From positions 1-51,231 of the forward strand of contig JAYTXL010000302.1 of NCBI GenBank assembly GCA_043742955.1: a stretch of 51,231 nt of DNA, written 5' to 3'. A program made the position numbers and the translations under genes. Below, one piece after another: positions 11,800 to 22,545 of the stretch. The DNA comes from Verrucomicrobiota bacterium (GTDB lineage Bacteria > Verrucomicrobiota > Verrucomicrobiia > Limisphaerales > JAYTXL01). How positions within the stretch are numbered: the stretch's first letter is position 1; each line of letters begins with the position of its first letter. The notes under the pieces were generated by a model. The model was not told the DNA's origin, ran no database searches, and saw only the letters and a program-made list of their open reading frames with translations.

Positions 11800-11933
11800 A
11801 AACAATGTCCAGCGGAGAAAATGAAACAAAGCGGCGGCGATGGAAACAAAAACTTGCGCGGTTTTTGGAATTAGAACGGATCGCGCGTCCGCGGAAGCGT
11901 TGGGTTGTGGGCCACCGGGGACCGGTGGCCCGC

Positions 11934-13241
11934 TTATTTGAGCCGGCCTTGCAGCTGATAAATCCACGTGAGGGCGGTATTCATCAACTGTTCACCCGCG
12001 CCGACCGCGGCGATGGCGACCTGCCCGTCGGCGCCGTAACCGCCTTCCGCCACCGCCTCGATGGTCGGGAAGTATTGGTGGTACCCGTTGCAATAGCCGA
12101 AGAAAAAGAGCTGCCGCACGCGAGTCCGGTCGCGCAGCCGGTTGGCATGCTGGCAAAAAAACTCGCCCGAGGCCCCCACTAACGCGATCTCGCCGTTGAG
12201 CAGCGCGACCGTAAGGCGCGGCCGGACCCCGTCGGCATATTCATCGACGAAATTCGCCACCAGTTCGGGAAAGAAGGCGAGCGAATAGCCCGCCTGGATC
12301 AGCGGATTCTTCAAGTTGGTGCGCGCCTCAAAGCGAAAACGTTCCTCCCGGATTGCCAGCGAGGGCTTGGTCACTTCTGCCGGCTGAAGTGAGCGGGCGA
12401 GTTTCACGGCCGCCCGGCCCAGCGCCTGGCCAAAACTCACGTGGTCAGCGTTCGTGCCTTTGTCGATGGACAAATCTCCACCCGCACCCTGCATGAAGAC
12501 GGTGATGCCACCGAATTCCTGCTCTACCGTCGCCTTCACCGCCCCCACGTAGTCCGCCGAGAATTTAAGTGTCTGGGCTGGAAGACTGGTCGGGTGGCCG
12601 GCGAAGTTAAGCACCACGGCGAGCGGTTGGCCGGAGTTATTGTCGAGGCGCAGCAAGGTCAGGGAGCGATCCACGGGCTTGGGCGTCAGCTTCGTGTGGC
12701 GGTTGCGGTTAAAGCCGTCGAGCTCAATGGTGCCGGTGGCCAATTTCGCGGGCACGAGTTTTTGGTTAGCTTCGTTGATGGCGGCGACGATGCCGTCCTC
12801 CAGTTGTTGGTAGTAGCGCAGGGACGCAGCGAATCGGCCCTGACCCTTGCCGGCCTCGTGGCTCAGCTCGAGCACGGGCCCGTGGTGGGTGTGTGAACCC
12901 GCGATAAAGGAGTGAACAATGCCCGCCTCGACCTTAATGCGGGCGCGAATGTTTTGCAGCGATTTCTCCGACGGCGAGCGGCCCAGGTCGAGGCCAACGA
13001 TGGCGATCTTGCGGTCGCCCGCCTGAATGACGACCGCAGCGGCATGGAGTGGGTCGAGGGTGCCGGTCGAGAGGACATCGTGCCGTGCGCCATAGCCCCA
13101 CATGGGCAGCGGCTCCTGCGGGCTGATGTCACGTCGCGCGGCACCCGCCCGGAAGGCGACCTCGGCGGCGGCAGCATCGGCCGCGAACCACAGGGCGAAT
13201 CCAATGGTGAGCCATCGCGCCCGGCGTCCAAAAAATTGCAT
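11934..13241 (-). CDS. Neutral/alkaline ceramidase N-terminal domain family hydrolase, secreted
   Basis: RAGAARRDISP, GSHTHHGP, NFAGHPT, SADYVG, QGAGGD, GEFF, YCNGYHQYFPT; signal peptide. Confidence 0.8.
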   Translation of the reverse strand: MQFFGRRARWLTIGFALWFAADAAAAEVAFRAGAARRDISPQEPLPMWGYGARHDVLSTGTLDPLHAAAVVIQAGDRKIAIVGLDLGRSPSEKSLQNIRARIKVEAGIVHSFIAGSHTHHGPVLELSHEAGKGQGRFAASLRYYQQLEDGIVAAINEANQKLVPAKLATGTIELDGFNRNRHTKLTPKPVDRSLTLLRLDNNSGQPLAVVLNFAGHPTSLPAQTLKFSADYVGAVKATVEQEFGGITVFMQGAGGDLSIDKGTNADHVSFGQALGRAAVKLARSLQPAEVTKPSLAIREERFRFEARTNLKNPLIQAGYSLAFFPELVANFVDEYADGVRPRLTVALLNGEIALVGASGEFFCQHANRLRDRTRVRQLFFFGYCNGYHQYFPTIEAVAEGGYGADGQVAIAAVGAGEQLMNTALTWIYQLQGRLK

Positions 13242-13305
13242 GGCGTCATTGATACCCCCGGTCCGTCCGCAGGCCAAGCGCAGAGTCGAGGCCCGCCGGA
13301 GTGAG

Positions 13306-16300
13306 TTAGGAGGTGGGTTGGCCGACGGGCGCAACGGCCGGACTTTCTGGCGCTGCCGACGGGGCTGTTCCCGGCTTAGAGGAGCGATTATACGCCATAA
13401 AATAAAGCACGGGCACCGCCATGCGGCTGATGAGCAGGGACGCAATCTCGCCCGCCATCAAAGCCAGAGCCAACCCTTGGAAAATGGGGTCAGCGAGGAT
13501 CACGGAGGCGCCCACGACGACCGCGAGGGCCGTCAGCAACATCGGCCGGAAGCGCACCGCGCCCGCGTCCACCACAGCTTCCGCCAGGGGTATGCCTTCC
13601 CCCAATCGTTGTTCGATGAAATCCACCAGGATGATGGAGTTGCGGACCACGATGCCGGCACCAGCCATGAAGCCGATCATCGAGGTGGCCGTAAAAAACG
13701 CGCCCATCAATCCGTGCGCGGGCAGAATCCCCACGAGCGAAAACGGAATGGCCGCCATCACGATCAGCGGGGTCAGGAAGGATCTGAACCAGCCGACCAT
13801 GAGAATGAAAATCAGCACGAGGACTGCGGCGAAAGCTGTTCCGAGATCGCGGAAAACCTCCAGGGTAATGTGCCATTCACCATCCCATTTCAAGGCGGGT
13901 TGATCATCCGTAAACGGCTGGCTGGCATTGTAGATAACCAGCGGTGCCCCCTGGCCGCCAAACGCGCGCGTGTCCAGCGAGCGTAGCGCCTGGTTCATCT
14001 GCCGGATGGCATACACCGGGCTCTCCACGACACCGGCGACGTCCCCGATCACGTAGGTGACCGGCATCAAATTCTTGTGGTAGGTGCTTTTCTCCACCGT
14101 GGCGGATTCGATGGTCACCAACTCCCGCAGCGGCACAAGCGCTGCGGCCGAGTCGCGCGTCGAGCGCAGGCGCAGCGACAGCAAATCCTCCGGTGTGGTT
14201 CGGCTTGCCCGGGGCAGTTGCAGCCAGAGTGCCACGTCCTCTTTTTCGCGCGGGGTGTGCAGCAGGTCCACGGAAACGCCCCCGACGGCGATTTGCAGGG
14301 TTTCGGAGATGGCCTCCGCACTGATGCCGTGCAGGGCGGCTTTTTCCTTGTCAATAGTGAACCGCATCTTTGGTTGCGCCGCCTCGATATACCAATCCGT
14401 GTCCACAACCCCGGGAGTGGCTTTGAAAATGCCAATCACCTTGTTCGCCAGAGCCAGTCGGCTCGCCTCGTCGGGGCCGTAAATTTCGGCCACCAGCGTT
14501 TGCAATACCGGCGGCCCGGGCGGCACCTCCGCCACCGCGACCCGGGCCCCGAAGCGCGCCGCGATTTCGGTGACGCGGGGCCGCACGCGCTTGGCGATCG
14601 CGTGGCTTTGCGCCGCGCGTTGATCCTTCGTCACGAGGTTGATTTGCAGGTCGGCGATATGGGCGCCCCGGCGCATGAAGTAATGACGCACCAGGCCGTT
14701 GAAATTGAAGGGGGCGGCCAGCCCGATGTAGATCTGGTAGTCGGTGACCTCGGGTTCGCGGCGGATCGCGGCCGCGATTTCACGCGCGCATTGTGCCGTT
14801 GATTCCAGCGCGCTGCCCTCGGGCATGTTGAGGATGATCTGAAATTCGCTCTTGTTGTCAAAGGGCAGCATTTTGACCTTCACCCAGCCGGCGCCCATCA
14901 GCACCAGGGCGCCCAGGAGCAACGCCACGATGCCCGCGAGAAATCCGTAGCGCCATTTGCGCCGGGCTATCATGGGGGCCATCACGCGACGATAAAGGCG
15001 GGTGAAAAAATCTTCCTCGTGTTCAAAGCGCGAGGGGGATGCCGGCCCGTTCACCGCGCTGCCCGTGCTCTCGGGTTGGGGGGAATGCGCCTTGCCCCAG
15101 CGGAGGATCCGGATCGCCGCCCAGGGGGTGACGATGAAGGCAATCGCCAGCGAAAAGAGCATGGCCATTCCGGATCCGACCGGGATGGGCCGCATGTAGG
15201 GACCCATGAGCCCGCCCACGAAACCCATCGGCAACACCGCCGCAATCACGGCGAACGTCGCCAGAATCGTCGGATTGCCCACTTCATTCACGGCTTCCAC
15301 GGCGATCTTCGTGCCCTGGCGGTCATGGTTCTGGGGGAGGTGAAAGTGTCGCACGATGTTTTCCACCACGACGATGGCGTCATCCACCAGAATCCCGATG
15401 GAGAAAATAAGCGCAAACAGGGTGATTCGGTTCAGCGTGTAGCCATACAGAAAGAAAACCAGCAACGTCAGCGCCAGCGTGGAGGGAATGGCGATGACCA
15501 CAATGCCCGATTCGCGCCAGCCCAGGGTTATCAGGATCAGCAGGGACACCCCCACCACGGCAATCCCCATGTGGAGCAGCAGCTCGTTGGATTTCTCCGC
15601 CGCAGTCTCACCGTAATTGCGCGTGATCGTAACCTCCACCGCGTCGGGGATGGTGCGTCCCTTGAGCGCTTCAATTTTTTTCAATACCTGCTGCGCGACC
15701 GCGATGGCATTGGCTCCCGGCCGTTTCGCCACGGTCAAAGTCACGGCGGGCTGTTCCCCGGCCGTCGGGCTCGTGGCCTGGCCGAAGCCGAAAAACACGT
15801 GCTGAGTGGGCTCCTCCGCGCCATCGGTGATGTCCGCGACCTGGCGTAGATAAACAGGTCGGCCCGCAAAAACACCCACCACCACCTGGCCAACATCCTG
15901 CGCTGTGACCAGGAAGCTGCCGGTCTCAATCATCACCTCCTGATTATGGCTGGTAATTCCGCCGGCGCTGGTTTGTCGATTGGCCTGGCGGAGCCGGGGC
16001 GCGATTTCCGCCATGGTCAGTTGGCGCGCCTCCAGTCGCAGGGGATCCAAGTGCACCCGCAGCTGTCTTTTCGCACCGCCAAGGATGGCGGTCTCGGCGA
16101 CCTGCGGCACCTGCTTTACCGAGTCATCCACTTGCGCGACCAGGCGGCGCAAGGCCAGATGGTCGTAGTGCGCCTGCGCACTGTGAAAGGTCAGCGCCAG
16201 AATCGGCACATCATCAATTGACCTCGGTTTAACGAGGGGCGGAGAGACGCCCTGGGGCAGGCGATCGAAGTTTGATTGCAGCTTCTGGTTCAACTTTACC

Positions 16301-16656
16301 AGGCTCCGCTCCATGTCTTCGCCCACCTTGAACCGTACAATCGCCAGGCTTTCGCCCGGCCGCGACGTGGAGTAGATGTATTCGACGCCGGGGATTTCCC
16401 AGAGCAGCTTTTCCATCGGGCGCGTGACGCGCTCTTCGATCTCCGGCACGGTGGCTCCGGCCATCGACACCAGCACATCCACCATCGGCACCTTGATCTG
16501 CGGTTCCTCTTCCCGCGGCAGGAGAATGATCGCTGCCACCCCCAGCAGCACCGAGGTCAGGACCATCAGCGGCGTGAGCTTGGAATCAATAAACGCCCGC
16601 GCAATGCGGCCGGCCAACCCCAGCTTCGCCTCGATATCGCGAGGGGCGGATTTCAT
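13306..16656 (-). CDS. RND efflux transporter permease (AcrB/AcrD/AcrF family)
   Basis: [44 protein letters not shown]; ATGA overlap with the MFP gene. Confidence 0.95.
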   Translation of the reverse strand: MKSAPRDIEAKLGLAGRIARAFIDSKLTPLMVLTSVLLGVAAIILLPREEEPQIKVPMVDVLVSMAGATVPEIEERVTRPMEKLLWEIPGVEYIYSTSRPGESLAIVRFKVGEDMERSLVKLNQKLQSNFDRLPQGVSPPLVKPRSIDDVPILALTFHSAQAHYDHLALRRLVAQVDDSVKQVPQVAETAILGGAKRQLRVHLDPLRLEARQLTMAEIAPRLRQANRQTSAGGITSHNQEVMIETGSFLVTAQDVGQVVVGVFAGRPVYLRQVADITDGAEEPTQHVFFGFGQATSPTAGEQPAVTLTVAKRPGANAIAVAQQVLKKIEALKGRTIPDAVEVTITRNYGETAAEKSNELLLHMGIAVVGVSLLILITLGWRESGIVVIAIPSTLALTLLVFFLYGYTLNRITLFALIFSIGILVDDAIVVVENIVRHFHLPQNHDRQGTKIAVEAVNEVGNPTILATFAVIAAVLPMGFVGGLMGPYMRPIPVGSGMAMLFSLAIAFIVTPWAAIRILRWGKAHSPQPESTGSAVNGPASPSRFEHEEDFFTRLYRRVMAPMIARRKWRYGFLAGIVALLLGALVLMGAGWVKVKMLPFDNKSEFQIILNMPEGSALESTAQCAREIAAAIRREPEVTDYQIYIGLAAPFNFNGLVRHYFMRRGAHIADLQINLVTKDQRAAQSHAIAKRVRPRVTEIAARFGARVAVAEVPPGPPVLQTLVAEIYGPDEASRLALANKVIGIFKATPGVVDTDWYIEAAQPKMRFTIDKEKAALHGISAEAISETLQIAVGGVSVDLLHTPREKEDVALWLQLPRASRTTPEDLLSLRLRSTRDSAAALVPLRELVTIESATVEKSTYHKNLMPVTYVIGDVAGVVESPVYAIRQMNQALRSLDTRAFGGQGAPLVIYNASQPFTDDQPALKWDGEWHITLEVFRDLGTAFAAVLVLIFILMVGWFRSFLTPLIVMAAIPFSLVGILPAHGLMGAFFTATSMIGFMAGAGIVVRNSIILVDFIEQRLGEGIPLAEAVVDAGAVRFRPMLLTALAVVVGASVILADPIFQGLALALMAGEIASLLISRMAVPVLYFMAYNRSSKPGTAPSAAPESPAVAPVGQPTS

Positions 16657-17705
16657 TTCACCTCCACGGGTTGGCCATCCGTCAACTGGGACGCGCCCTC
16701 GATCACCACCTGTTCGCCCGCCTGCAGGCCGGCCAGGATTTCCCACTCCTCGCCAAACCGCCGGCCGGTCTTCACGAGCCGCAGGTGGGCCCGCCGGTCG
16801 GTCACGACGAAAACTATTTCCAACTGGCCGCGCGGCACAACTGCCCCCGCGGGGACGCGCAGAGAATCACTTTCCCCGATCGGCACCCGCAGCCGCGCAA
16901 ACTGGCCCGAACTCAGACCTGGCTGCCGCGGTAGATTCAGGTTGACTTGCAACGTCCGGCTGGCGGGATCTGCCGTCGGGGCAATCTCCGTCACGATGGC
17001 GGTCAATTCCCCGGCGACGCCGTCCACGTGGGCCGTGAAATGGGCGTTGCTTTGGACCTGGCGGGCAATGTTTAAGGGCAGCTCCACCTCCAGTTGCAAA
17101 GCCGATGGATCATCGAGCGTCACCAGCGGTTTTCCGGGGGCCGCGAGATCGCCCACGGCCGCCCATTTCTTCGTCACGATGCCGTTGAACGGGGCGACCA
17201 CTTCCAGTTGGCTCCGCGTGGCCCGGACTTCTGCAGCCAGCCCTTTGGCCACGCGCTGGCGTACCTGGGTGGCCTCGAGTTCGGCGAGCGTGCTGGACTG
17301 CTGTTCGAACAACTTGACGATTCGTTTCACGTCGCGCTCGGTTTGCTCGAGGGCCGCCTCGGCCTGCTCCAGGCGGGCATTGATTTCGGCGCCTTCCAAG
17401 CGGGCAATCAGTTCGCCCGCTTTAACCCGTTGGCCCAACACCACCGGCAGGGTGATGATTTGTCCGGTCATCTTGGCCTCAACCGTGGCCTGCAGGCGTG
17501 CGCGCACGGTGCCGAGCACCTCCTCGGTGATGGCCTGCCGCTGGCTCGCGACCGCCTGAATCCGAACCGTGGCGGTGGGCTGGCCCGGCCCCGCCACCCC
17601 GACCGGATTTTTCCGTGCATCACAGCCGCTAAACACCAACCCGGCCGCTATCAGCGCGGGCAGAAGGGCGTGGCGAACCCGGACGGATTGAAAAAATTGT
17701 TTCAT
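16653..17705 (-). CDS. RND membrane fusion protein (lipoprotein)
   Basis: Lipobox [25 protein letters not shown], coiled-coil hairpin. Confidence 0.93.
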   Translation of the reverse strand: MKQFFQSVRVRHALLPALIAAGLVFSGCDARKNPVGVAGPGQPTATVRIQAVASQRQAITEEVLGTVRARLQATVEAKMTGQIITLPVVLGQRVKAGELIARLEGAEINARLEQAEAALEQTERDVKRIVKLFEQQSSTLAELEATQVRQRVAKGLAAEVRATRSQLEVVAPFNGIVTKKWAAVGDLAAPGKPLVTLDDPSALQLEVELPLNIARQVQSNAHFTAHVDGVAGELTAIVTEIAPTADPASRTLQVNLNLPRQPGLSSGQFARLRVPIGESDSLRVPAGAVVPRGQLEIVFVVTDRRAHLRLVKTGRRFGEEWEILAGLQAGEQVVIEGASQLTDGQPVEVK

Positions 17706-17724
17706 ATATTATGGCGACGGAATG

Positions 17725-19035
17725 TCATTCCAGCTGCGGAAGGGCAAGCGCTTTGCGCAAGGCGGCGATGGCGATGTGTTCGTCCGACTCGGCTTCGGCG
17801 CGCCGGACGCGCGCGGCGACGAGGGCGGTTTCGGAATCGATCATCTGGGTCGCGAGCGCCAGCCCTTCCGCGAACCGGTTGCGGGTCAGGCGGGCGCTTT
17901 CGGCGGCCTGCTCGACCGTTTTGCTGCTCACCGACAGGCGCTCCACCGTGGCGTTAAGGTTGAGCCGCGCCTGTTCGACTTCGAGATCCAGCGCCAGGCG
18001 CAGCTTGCGCTGCTCTTCGCGCGTCGTCTCGAGGAGGGCTTTCGCGGCGCGGACTTTGGCCCGGTTTGAGAAACCATCCCCCAAATCCCAGGTGGCGGTA
18101 ATGCCGGTCGTGTAGCTCCGGCCCGCACCGCCGGTGACCCATCCAAAGTCGTAATCGAGGCGGCCAAAGGCATTCACGCGTGGCTGATAACCGGCCTGCA
18201 TTCCTTGCACTTGCGCCTGCGCGGCGTTTTCGCGCTCGTGCGCGGCGGCGAGCTCCGGTCGCGGCGCGTATTCTCCTGACCCGGGGGCGCGGACGACGGG
18301 AGCGGAGTTGGCCACGGTGAATTCGCCGGTTTCAAGGCCCAACAAGTTGCGCAAGGTGCGCCCGGCGATGGCATTGGCGTTGCGGGCGCGAACCAGGTCT
18401 TCGCGCGCCTGGGCCAGGCGCACCTCCAGATCCAGCACGTCCGACTTCAAAATCGTGCCGCCCTCCAGGCGTTTTTTGGCCACGACCACATGCGCCGCAA
18501 AGGCATTGACCGACGCCTCGGTCGCGTGAATGAACTGCCGCGTCTTCAGCACCGTGTGAAAGCCGCGCGAAACCTCGAAACCAAGTGCGTTTCGGACGGC
18601 GCCGCTGTCCTGTTTGGCGGCTGCAATGTTCGCCTGGGCACTGTGCCGCTCCGCAACCAGGCGGCCGCCGGCATAAAGTGGGACGGTGACGATGCCGTGC
18701 CCGTTCAAGTTATCGACGCTCGGCACGTCATTGAAATTGAGTGCCGGACGGAAGGCGCGTTGGTTGAGGAGGCTGCCGAATACTTGCATGGGATTGTCCG
18801 TCCCGATGTAGCTGGACTGGATTTGTAGCCGCGGCCGGAACTCGGAGTTGGCCTGCTCCAGTCCCGCTTGGGCGGCGGCGATGCGTTGCTGCGTGATGCG
18901 GGCGTCCGGACTATTGGTGAGCGCGTGGCTGATGGCCCGTTCGAGGCTCCAGGGCTCCTCCCCGAAGACGGGCAACCCCAACGCGCTGGCGGCGAGAATC
19001 ATCAGGATCACTTTTGTCGTGGTGGGTTGCTTCAT
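17725..19035 (-). CDS. TolC-family outer membrane efflux protein
   Basis: WSLERAISHALTNSP, PLYAGG, RPEL, RFAEGLA repeats; signal peptide; operon context. Confidence 0.9.
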   Translation of the reverse strand: MKQPTTTKVILMILAASALGLPVFGEEPWSLERAISHALTNSPDARITQQRIAAAQAGLEQANSEFRPRLQIQSSYIGTDNPMQVFGSLLNQRAFRPALNFNDVPSVDNLNGHGIVTVPLYAGGRLVAERHSAQANIAAAKQDSGAVRNALGFEVSRGFHTVLKTRQFIHATEASVNAFAAHVVVAKKRLEGGTILKSDVLDLEVRLAQAREDLVRARNANAIAGRTLRNLLGLETGEFTVANSAPVVRAPGSGEYAPRPELAAAHERENAAQAQVQGMQAGYQPRVNAFGRLDYDFGWVTGGAGRSYTTGITATWDLGDGFSNRAKVRAAKALLETTREEQRKLRLALDLEVEQARLNLNATVERLSVSSKTVEQAAESARLTRNRFAEGLALATQMIDSETALVAARVRRAEAESDEHIAIAALRKALALPQLE

Positions 19036-19067
19036 GGCTTCTGCTCTTTCTGCCTGCCTTTGAAACG

Positions 19068-19277
19068 TTAGGAACAGCAGTCGTCCTTTTCCTTGCCGAC
19101 GCCGATTTTTCTTAAAATCATTTCGAGCGGGCAAAAGTTGGTGAACGAGGATTGCAGCAGGTTAAAGCCCACGAAGGCGGTGAACCAAAGCCAGTTGGGG
19201 CTGTGATAATGAGCCAATCCCAGGCTGGCGAGGATGAAGAGGCCGGCGAACCGGCGGATGATCAGTTGCATTTTCAT
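19068..19277 (-). CDS. DUF2892 (YgaP-like) small membrane protein
   Basis: IRRFAG..IL, WLWFTAFVGFNLLQSSFTNFCP. Confidence 0.9.
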   Translation of the reverse strand: MKMQLIIRRFAGLFILASLGLAHYHSPNWLWFTAFVGFNLLQSSFTNFCPLEMILRKIGVGKEKDDCCS

Positions 19278-19322
19278 AGGTTTAGATAGTCGCGAGAGGG
19301 TCAGGGAGGGAATGGCATGGGC

Positions 19323-19580
19323 TTATGGCTGGGGCATTTTCCCGGCTTGGTTTTCCTGCCACCGGGCGCGCAAGACGGCGTGCAACCGCTCCTGAAACGG
19401 GACCGGCAATTCGTAGGGCTGACCGTTCTGATAAAGGGTGATGGTGCGGCGGATGTTGTCCACCACCACCTGGCAGGGATTACACCCCGCCATATGCTTT
19501 TCAAAGTCCGCGCAGAGGGCCGGGTCAATTGTGCCATCCACGTACTCATTCAAAACGGCCAACATTTCTTCACATCTCAT
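19323..19580 (-). CDS. Soluble zinc-binding anti-sigma factor (zf-HC2)
   Basis: MRCEEM...EYVDG...HMAGCNPC (HxxxCxxC); no TM helix. Confidence 0.88.
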   Translation of the reverse strand: MRCEEMLAVLNEYVDGTIDPALCADFEKHMAGCNPCQVVVDNIRRTITLYQNGQPYELPVPFQERLHAVLRARWQENQAGKMPQP

Positions 19581-19600
19581 AAGCAGTCCCTGCCAGCTTT

Positions 19601-19626
19601 GAGTCGCGCCGCCGGGAAAAGTTACA
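19601..19626 (-). promoter_or_regulatory. Candidate ECF-type promoter for the anti-sigma/efflux operon
   Basis: Minus strand TGTAAC-N15-GACTC ending 20 bp upstream of the anti-sigma start; AAC -35 element typical of ECF promoters. Confidence 0.4.
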
Positions 19627-19645
19627 AAATTGTTTAAGCCAGAGG

Positions 19646-20134
19646 TTAGCGGGGGTGACGGAACTGGGGAAGGAAGCGCGGCACATGCCTTTCGTAATCG
19701 GCATATTCGGGAAAACGTGCCCGCAGCCAGCGTTCCTCCGCGCGCGCTTTGAGGTGGAAAAAGGGGAGCAACACCAGCGCAGCCAGGCAGGCGGGGCCAC
19801 TTTGCCAGCCCAGCGCCCAGCCCAGCGACGACAGCATGACGCTGGTATAAAGCGGATGCCGCACGTGGGCGTAAATGCCGCACCGCACCAGTTCCGATCC
19901 GTCCTGCGGCTGCGGAAATGCGGTGCGATTGCGCCCGAGAGCGGCCACGCCCGCGATGCCGATCACCGCCCCCAACCCGAACAGGACAAAACCCGCCGCG
20001 ATCAAGGCGCGGTGGGTCCAGTCACCCGGAAACACCACGGCCAGCACCAGGACCGCCGTCAGGAGCACGGATTGCAAGACGACCCACGCGCCGCCGCTCG
20101 CGATAAAATCCCGGGAGTGGCCGGTATCAGTCAT
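19646..20134 (-). CDS. Isoprenylcysteine carboxyl methyltransferase/PEMT family membrane methyltransferase
   Basis: LVRCGIYAHVRHPLY, KARAEERWL..F.EYADY...VPRFLP. Confidence 0.88.
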   Translation of the reverse strand: MTDTGHSRDFIASGGAWVVLQSVLLTAVLVLAVVFPGDWTHRALIAAGFVLFGLGAVIGIAGVAALGRNRTAFPQPQDGSELVRCGIYAHVRHPLYTSVMLSSLGWALGWQSGPACLAALVLLPFFHLKARAEERWLRARFPEYADYERHVPRFLPQFRHPR

Positions 20135-20789
20135 GATGATGCGGCGGGCGGATGATCCGCGTGGCGGGATCCCCGAGGGTGCGGGTGAGGTGTTCGCGCA
20201 ATTGCAAGCGGGCCCGCAGCAGGCGGACCTTGACGTTGGATTCGCTTAAGGCCAACGCGTGCGCCGTTTCGCGAACCGACAGCCCCTCCACGTCGCGCAG
20301 TAAAAATACCAGCCGGTGCTTGTCGTCCAATTGGGCCAGGGCCTCGTCGAGTAAACGGCGGGTTTCGCCCAAATGCACCAGTTCTTCGGTTGATTGCCGC
20401 CAATCCGCGATGAACTCCGGGTGGGGAATGGACTGCGTGCTTTCCGATTCCTCCGTGGCCGCTTCCAGTGAAACCGTGGGCCAGCCCTTCCGCGTGCGGA
20501 TCACTTTGAGTGCCGCATGCGTCGCGATGCGCAGTAACCACGTTTTGAAACTGGCCTCCGCCCGAAAACCCGCGAGATGCTCCAGCGCGCTGAGGAAGGT
20601 CTGCTGGGTCACATCTTCGGCATCCTGATCATTTTGTAATATCCGCCGCGCGAGCGAATAAACGAGGCCGGCATGTTGATGCACCAAATCCTCGAACGCA
20701 GAGAGGTCACCAGCCCGGGCGTGCGCCACGCGTTGGACATCGGAAAGCGCCTGGCTTTCCTGCGCAGGGTCGAGGGCGGTTGGTTTCAT
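20127..20789 (-). CDS. ECF sigma-70 factor
   Basis: DAEDVTQQTFL, FKTWLLRIA, region 4 VFLLRDVEGLS..ETA..L...NVKVRLLRAR. Confidence 0.93.
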   Translation of the reverse strand: MKPTALDPAQESQALSDVQRVAHARAGDLSAFEDLVHQHAGLVYSLARRILQNDQDAEDVTQQTFLSALEHLAGFRAEASFKTWLLRIATHAALKVIRTRKGWPTVSLEAATEESESTQSIPHPEFIADWRQSTEELVHLGETRRLLDEALAQLDDKHRLVFLLRDVEGLSVRETAHALALSESNVKVRLLRARLQLREHLTRTLGDPATRIIRPPHHHD

Positions 20790-21091
20790 CCCAGTGTTGC
20801 TTTGGCCGCGAATAATCTCATAAAAATCCCCGGCTCTGCCATCAAAGTTTCGCCACTCTATTCCCAACCGCTGCCGGGCGGCCACAGTCTTAATTTATTC
20901 TTACGAGCCAGCCCCGGTCATTTTTGGCGTCAGCCAGTCTGTCGCTACCCCTGGTGTGCACGCTGCACGCGCATTGCCAAAACTGTTACATAAATTGATT
21001 GAATCGTTGCGGCCCGCAAGTTCGGCCGGTGCTTGCGAGTGCTGCCAGCCCGCATTGACAGGCACCACCCGCCTATCCGAGACTTTGCACC

Positions 21092-22477
21092 ATGACCAAT
21101 GTGCTTTTGGAAAGACTCCGCAGTTGCGTCGTCCTCGCGGTCACCGCCGCGTGGAGCGTGGCAGCCAGTGTCAGTGCCGCCGAGCCTAACCGGCCTCCCG
21201 CCCGGAAATACAGCAATCTCGAACGCCTCGCGCTGCCCCGGCTGAAGGCCGTCCATGACGACGTGCAAAAGCTCCAGGCTCAGCGCGTCGGGTTGGTTCC
21301 ACAAACCGGCCGGCAGGATTACCGGTGCATCCTGCACGCCCACGCCGAAGATTCGGCGCACACGGGTGGCACGTTGCCGGAAATGCTCGCGGATGCGAAA
21401 AAGGCCGGCATCAGTGCCATCCTGCTGACCGATCATTTTCGTCCACCGCGGGATTTCATTGACGGTCGGGCGCGGGGATTGAAGGACGGCATTTTATTTA
21501 TTCCGGGCTCGGAGATCCGGGGCTTCCTGATTTACCCCCGGGCGTCGATTCTGGATAAAATGGAACAGCCGGGGCCGGAGTTCATCCGCACCGTGACCGC
21601 CGGCGACGGCATGATTTTTCTTTCGCACGTGGAGGAGCGGCCGGATTATCCGGTGGGCGGTTTGACGGGACTGGAGATTTACAACCGCCATTGGGACGCA
21701 AAACGAGATTTGGCGTCGCTCCTCACCCTCGCCTTCAAGCTCACCGACCCGAAACAACTGGCGGAAATGGAAGAGGCATTGCGTCTTTACCCGGATGAAC
21801 TACTGGCTTTCCAGTGCGATTATCCGCAGGTCTATCTCGACAAGTGGGACGCGGGCACGCGGATTCAGCGGCTCACCGGTGTGGCGGCGAATGATTGCCA
21901 TCACAACCAGATCTTGTTGATGAAAATGGTGGACGCGGAAACCGTCCTCGTCGGCACCAACGTCGATCCAGTCGATAAGCTGCGCAAGATTACCGCCGGC
22001 TTGCGCCCGGGCATCCGGGAACTAACCAGGGGTCATCAGCCGGGCGACATCGTGGCGCGGTTGGATTTGGACCCGTATTATCGCTCGTTCCGAAACGTGA
22101 GCACCCATGTGCTCGTCGACCATCTCGATGAAACGGCGATCCGCGCTGCGCTCAAGGCCGGGCATGCGTATGTCGCCCATGACTGGATGTGCGATGCGAC
22201 GGGTTTTGAATTCTCGGCCCGGGCGGGGAACGGCCCGCCGGCGGCGAACATGGGCGATGAAGTGATGTGGCTCCCCGGGTTGCAGTTCACGGCCAAACTA
22301 CCGGTGCGGGCGCACGTCCGGCTGCTGCGCAACGGCGAGGAGATCGCCAGGCCGGCGGGCGAAACGAACTTCGTATTTGCGGTGAAGGAACCGGGAGTGT
22401 ATCGCCTCGAGGCCTGGCTCAAGTTGGACGACGAGCTGCGCCCCTGGATCTATTCGAACCCGATCTACGTGCGGTAA
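21092..22477 (+). CDS. Secreted PHP-domain metallohydrolase
   Basis: ILHAH, LLTDH, GSE, SH, LEIYN, ANDCHH; C-terminal YRLEA..PWIYSNPIY. Confidence 0.75.
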   Translation: MTNVLLERLRSCVVLAVTAAWSVAASVSAAEPNRPPARKYSNLERLALPRLKAVHDDVQKLQAQRVGLVPQTGRQDYRCILHAHAEDSAHTGGTLPEMLADAKKAGISAILLTDHFRPPRDFIDGRARGLKDGILFIPGSEIRGFLIYPRASILDKMEQPGPEFIRTVTAGDGMIFLSHVEERPDYPVGGLTGLEIYNRHWDAKRDLASLLTLAFKLTDPKQLAEMEEALRLYPDELLAFQCDYPQVYLDKWDAGTRIQRLTGVAANDCHHNQILLMKMVDAETVLVGTNVDPVDKLRKITAGLRPGIRELTRGHQPGDIVARLDLDPYYRSFRNVSTHVLVDHLDETAIRAALKAGHAYVAHDWMCDATGFEFSARAGNGPPAANMGDEVMWLPGLQFTAKLPVRAHVRLLRNGEEIARPAGETNFVFAVKEPGVYRLEAWLKLDDELRPWIYSNPIYVR

Positions 22478-22545
22478 GAGCGGTGACACCTGGCTGCTTC
22501 AGAGCCTGCCATGGCCTGGCATCCGGCTTTTCGCGGCAGTTCCGT

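Noticed and set aside
19646-20134. Assignment as MddA methanethiol methyltransferase
   Set aside because: Much shorter than MddA and only generic ICMT/PEMT motifs recognised
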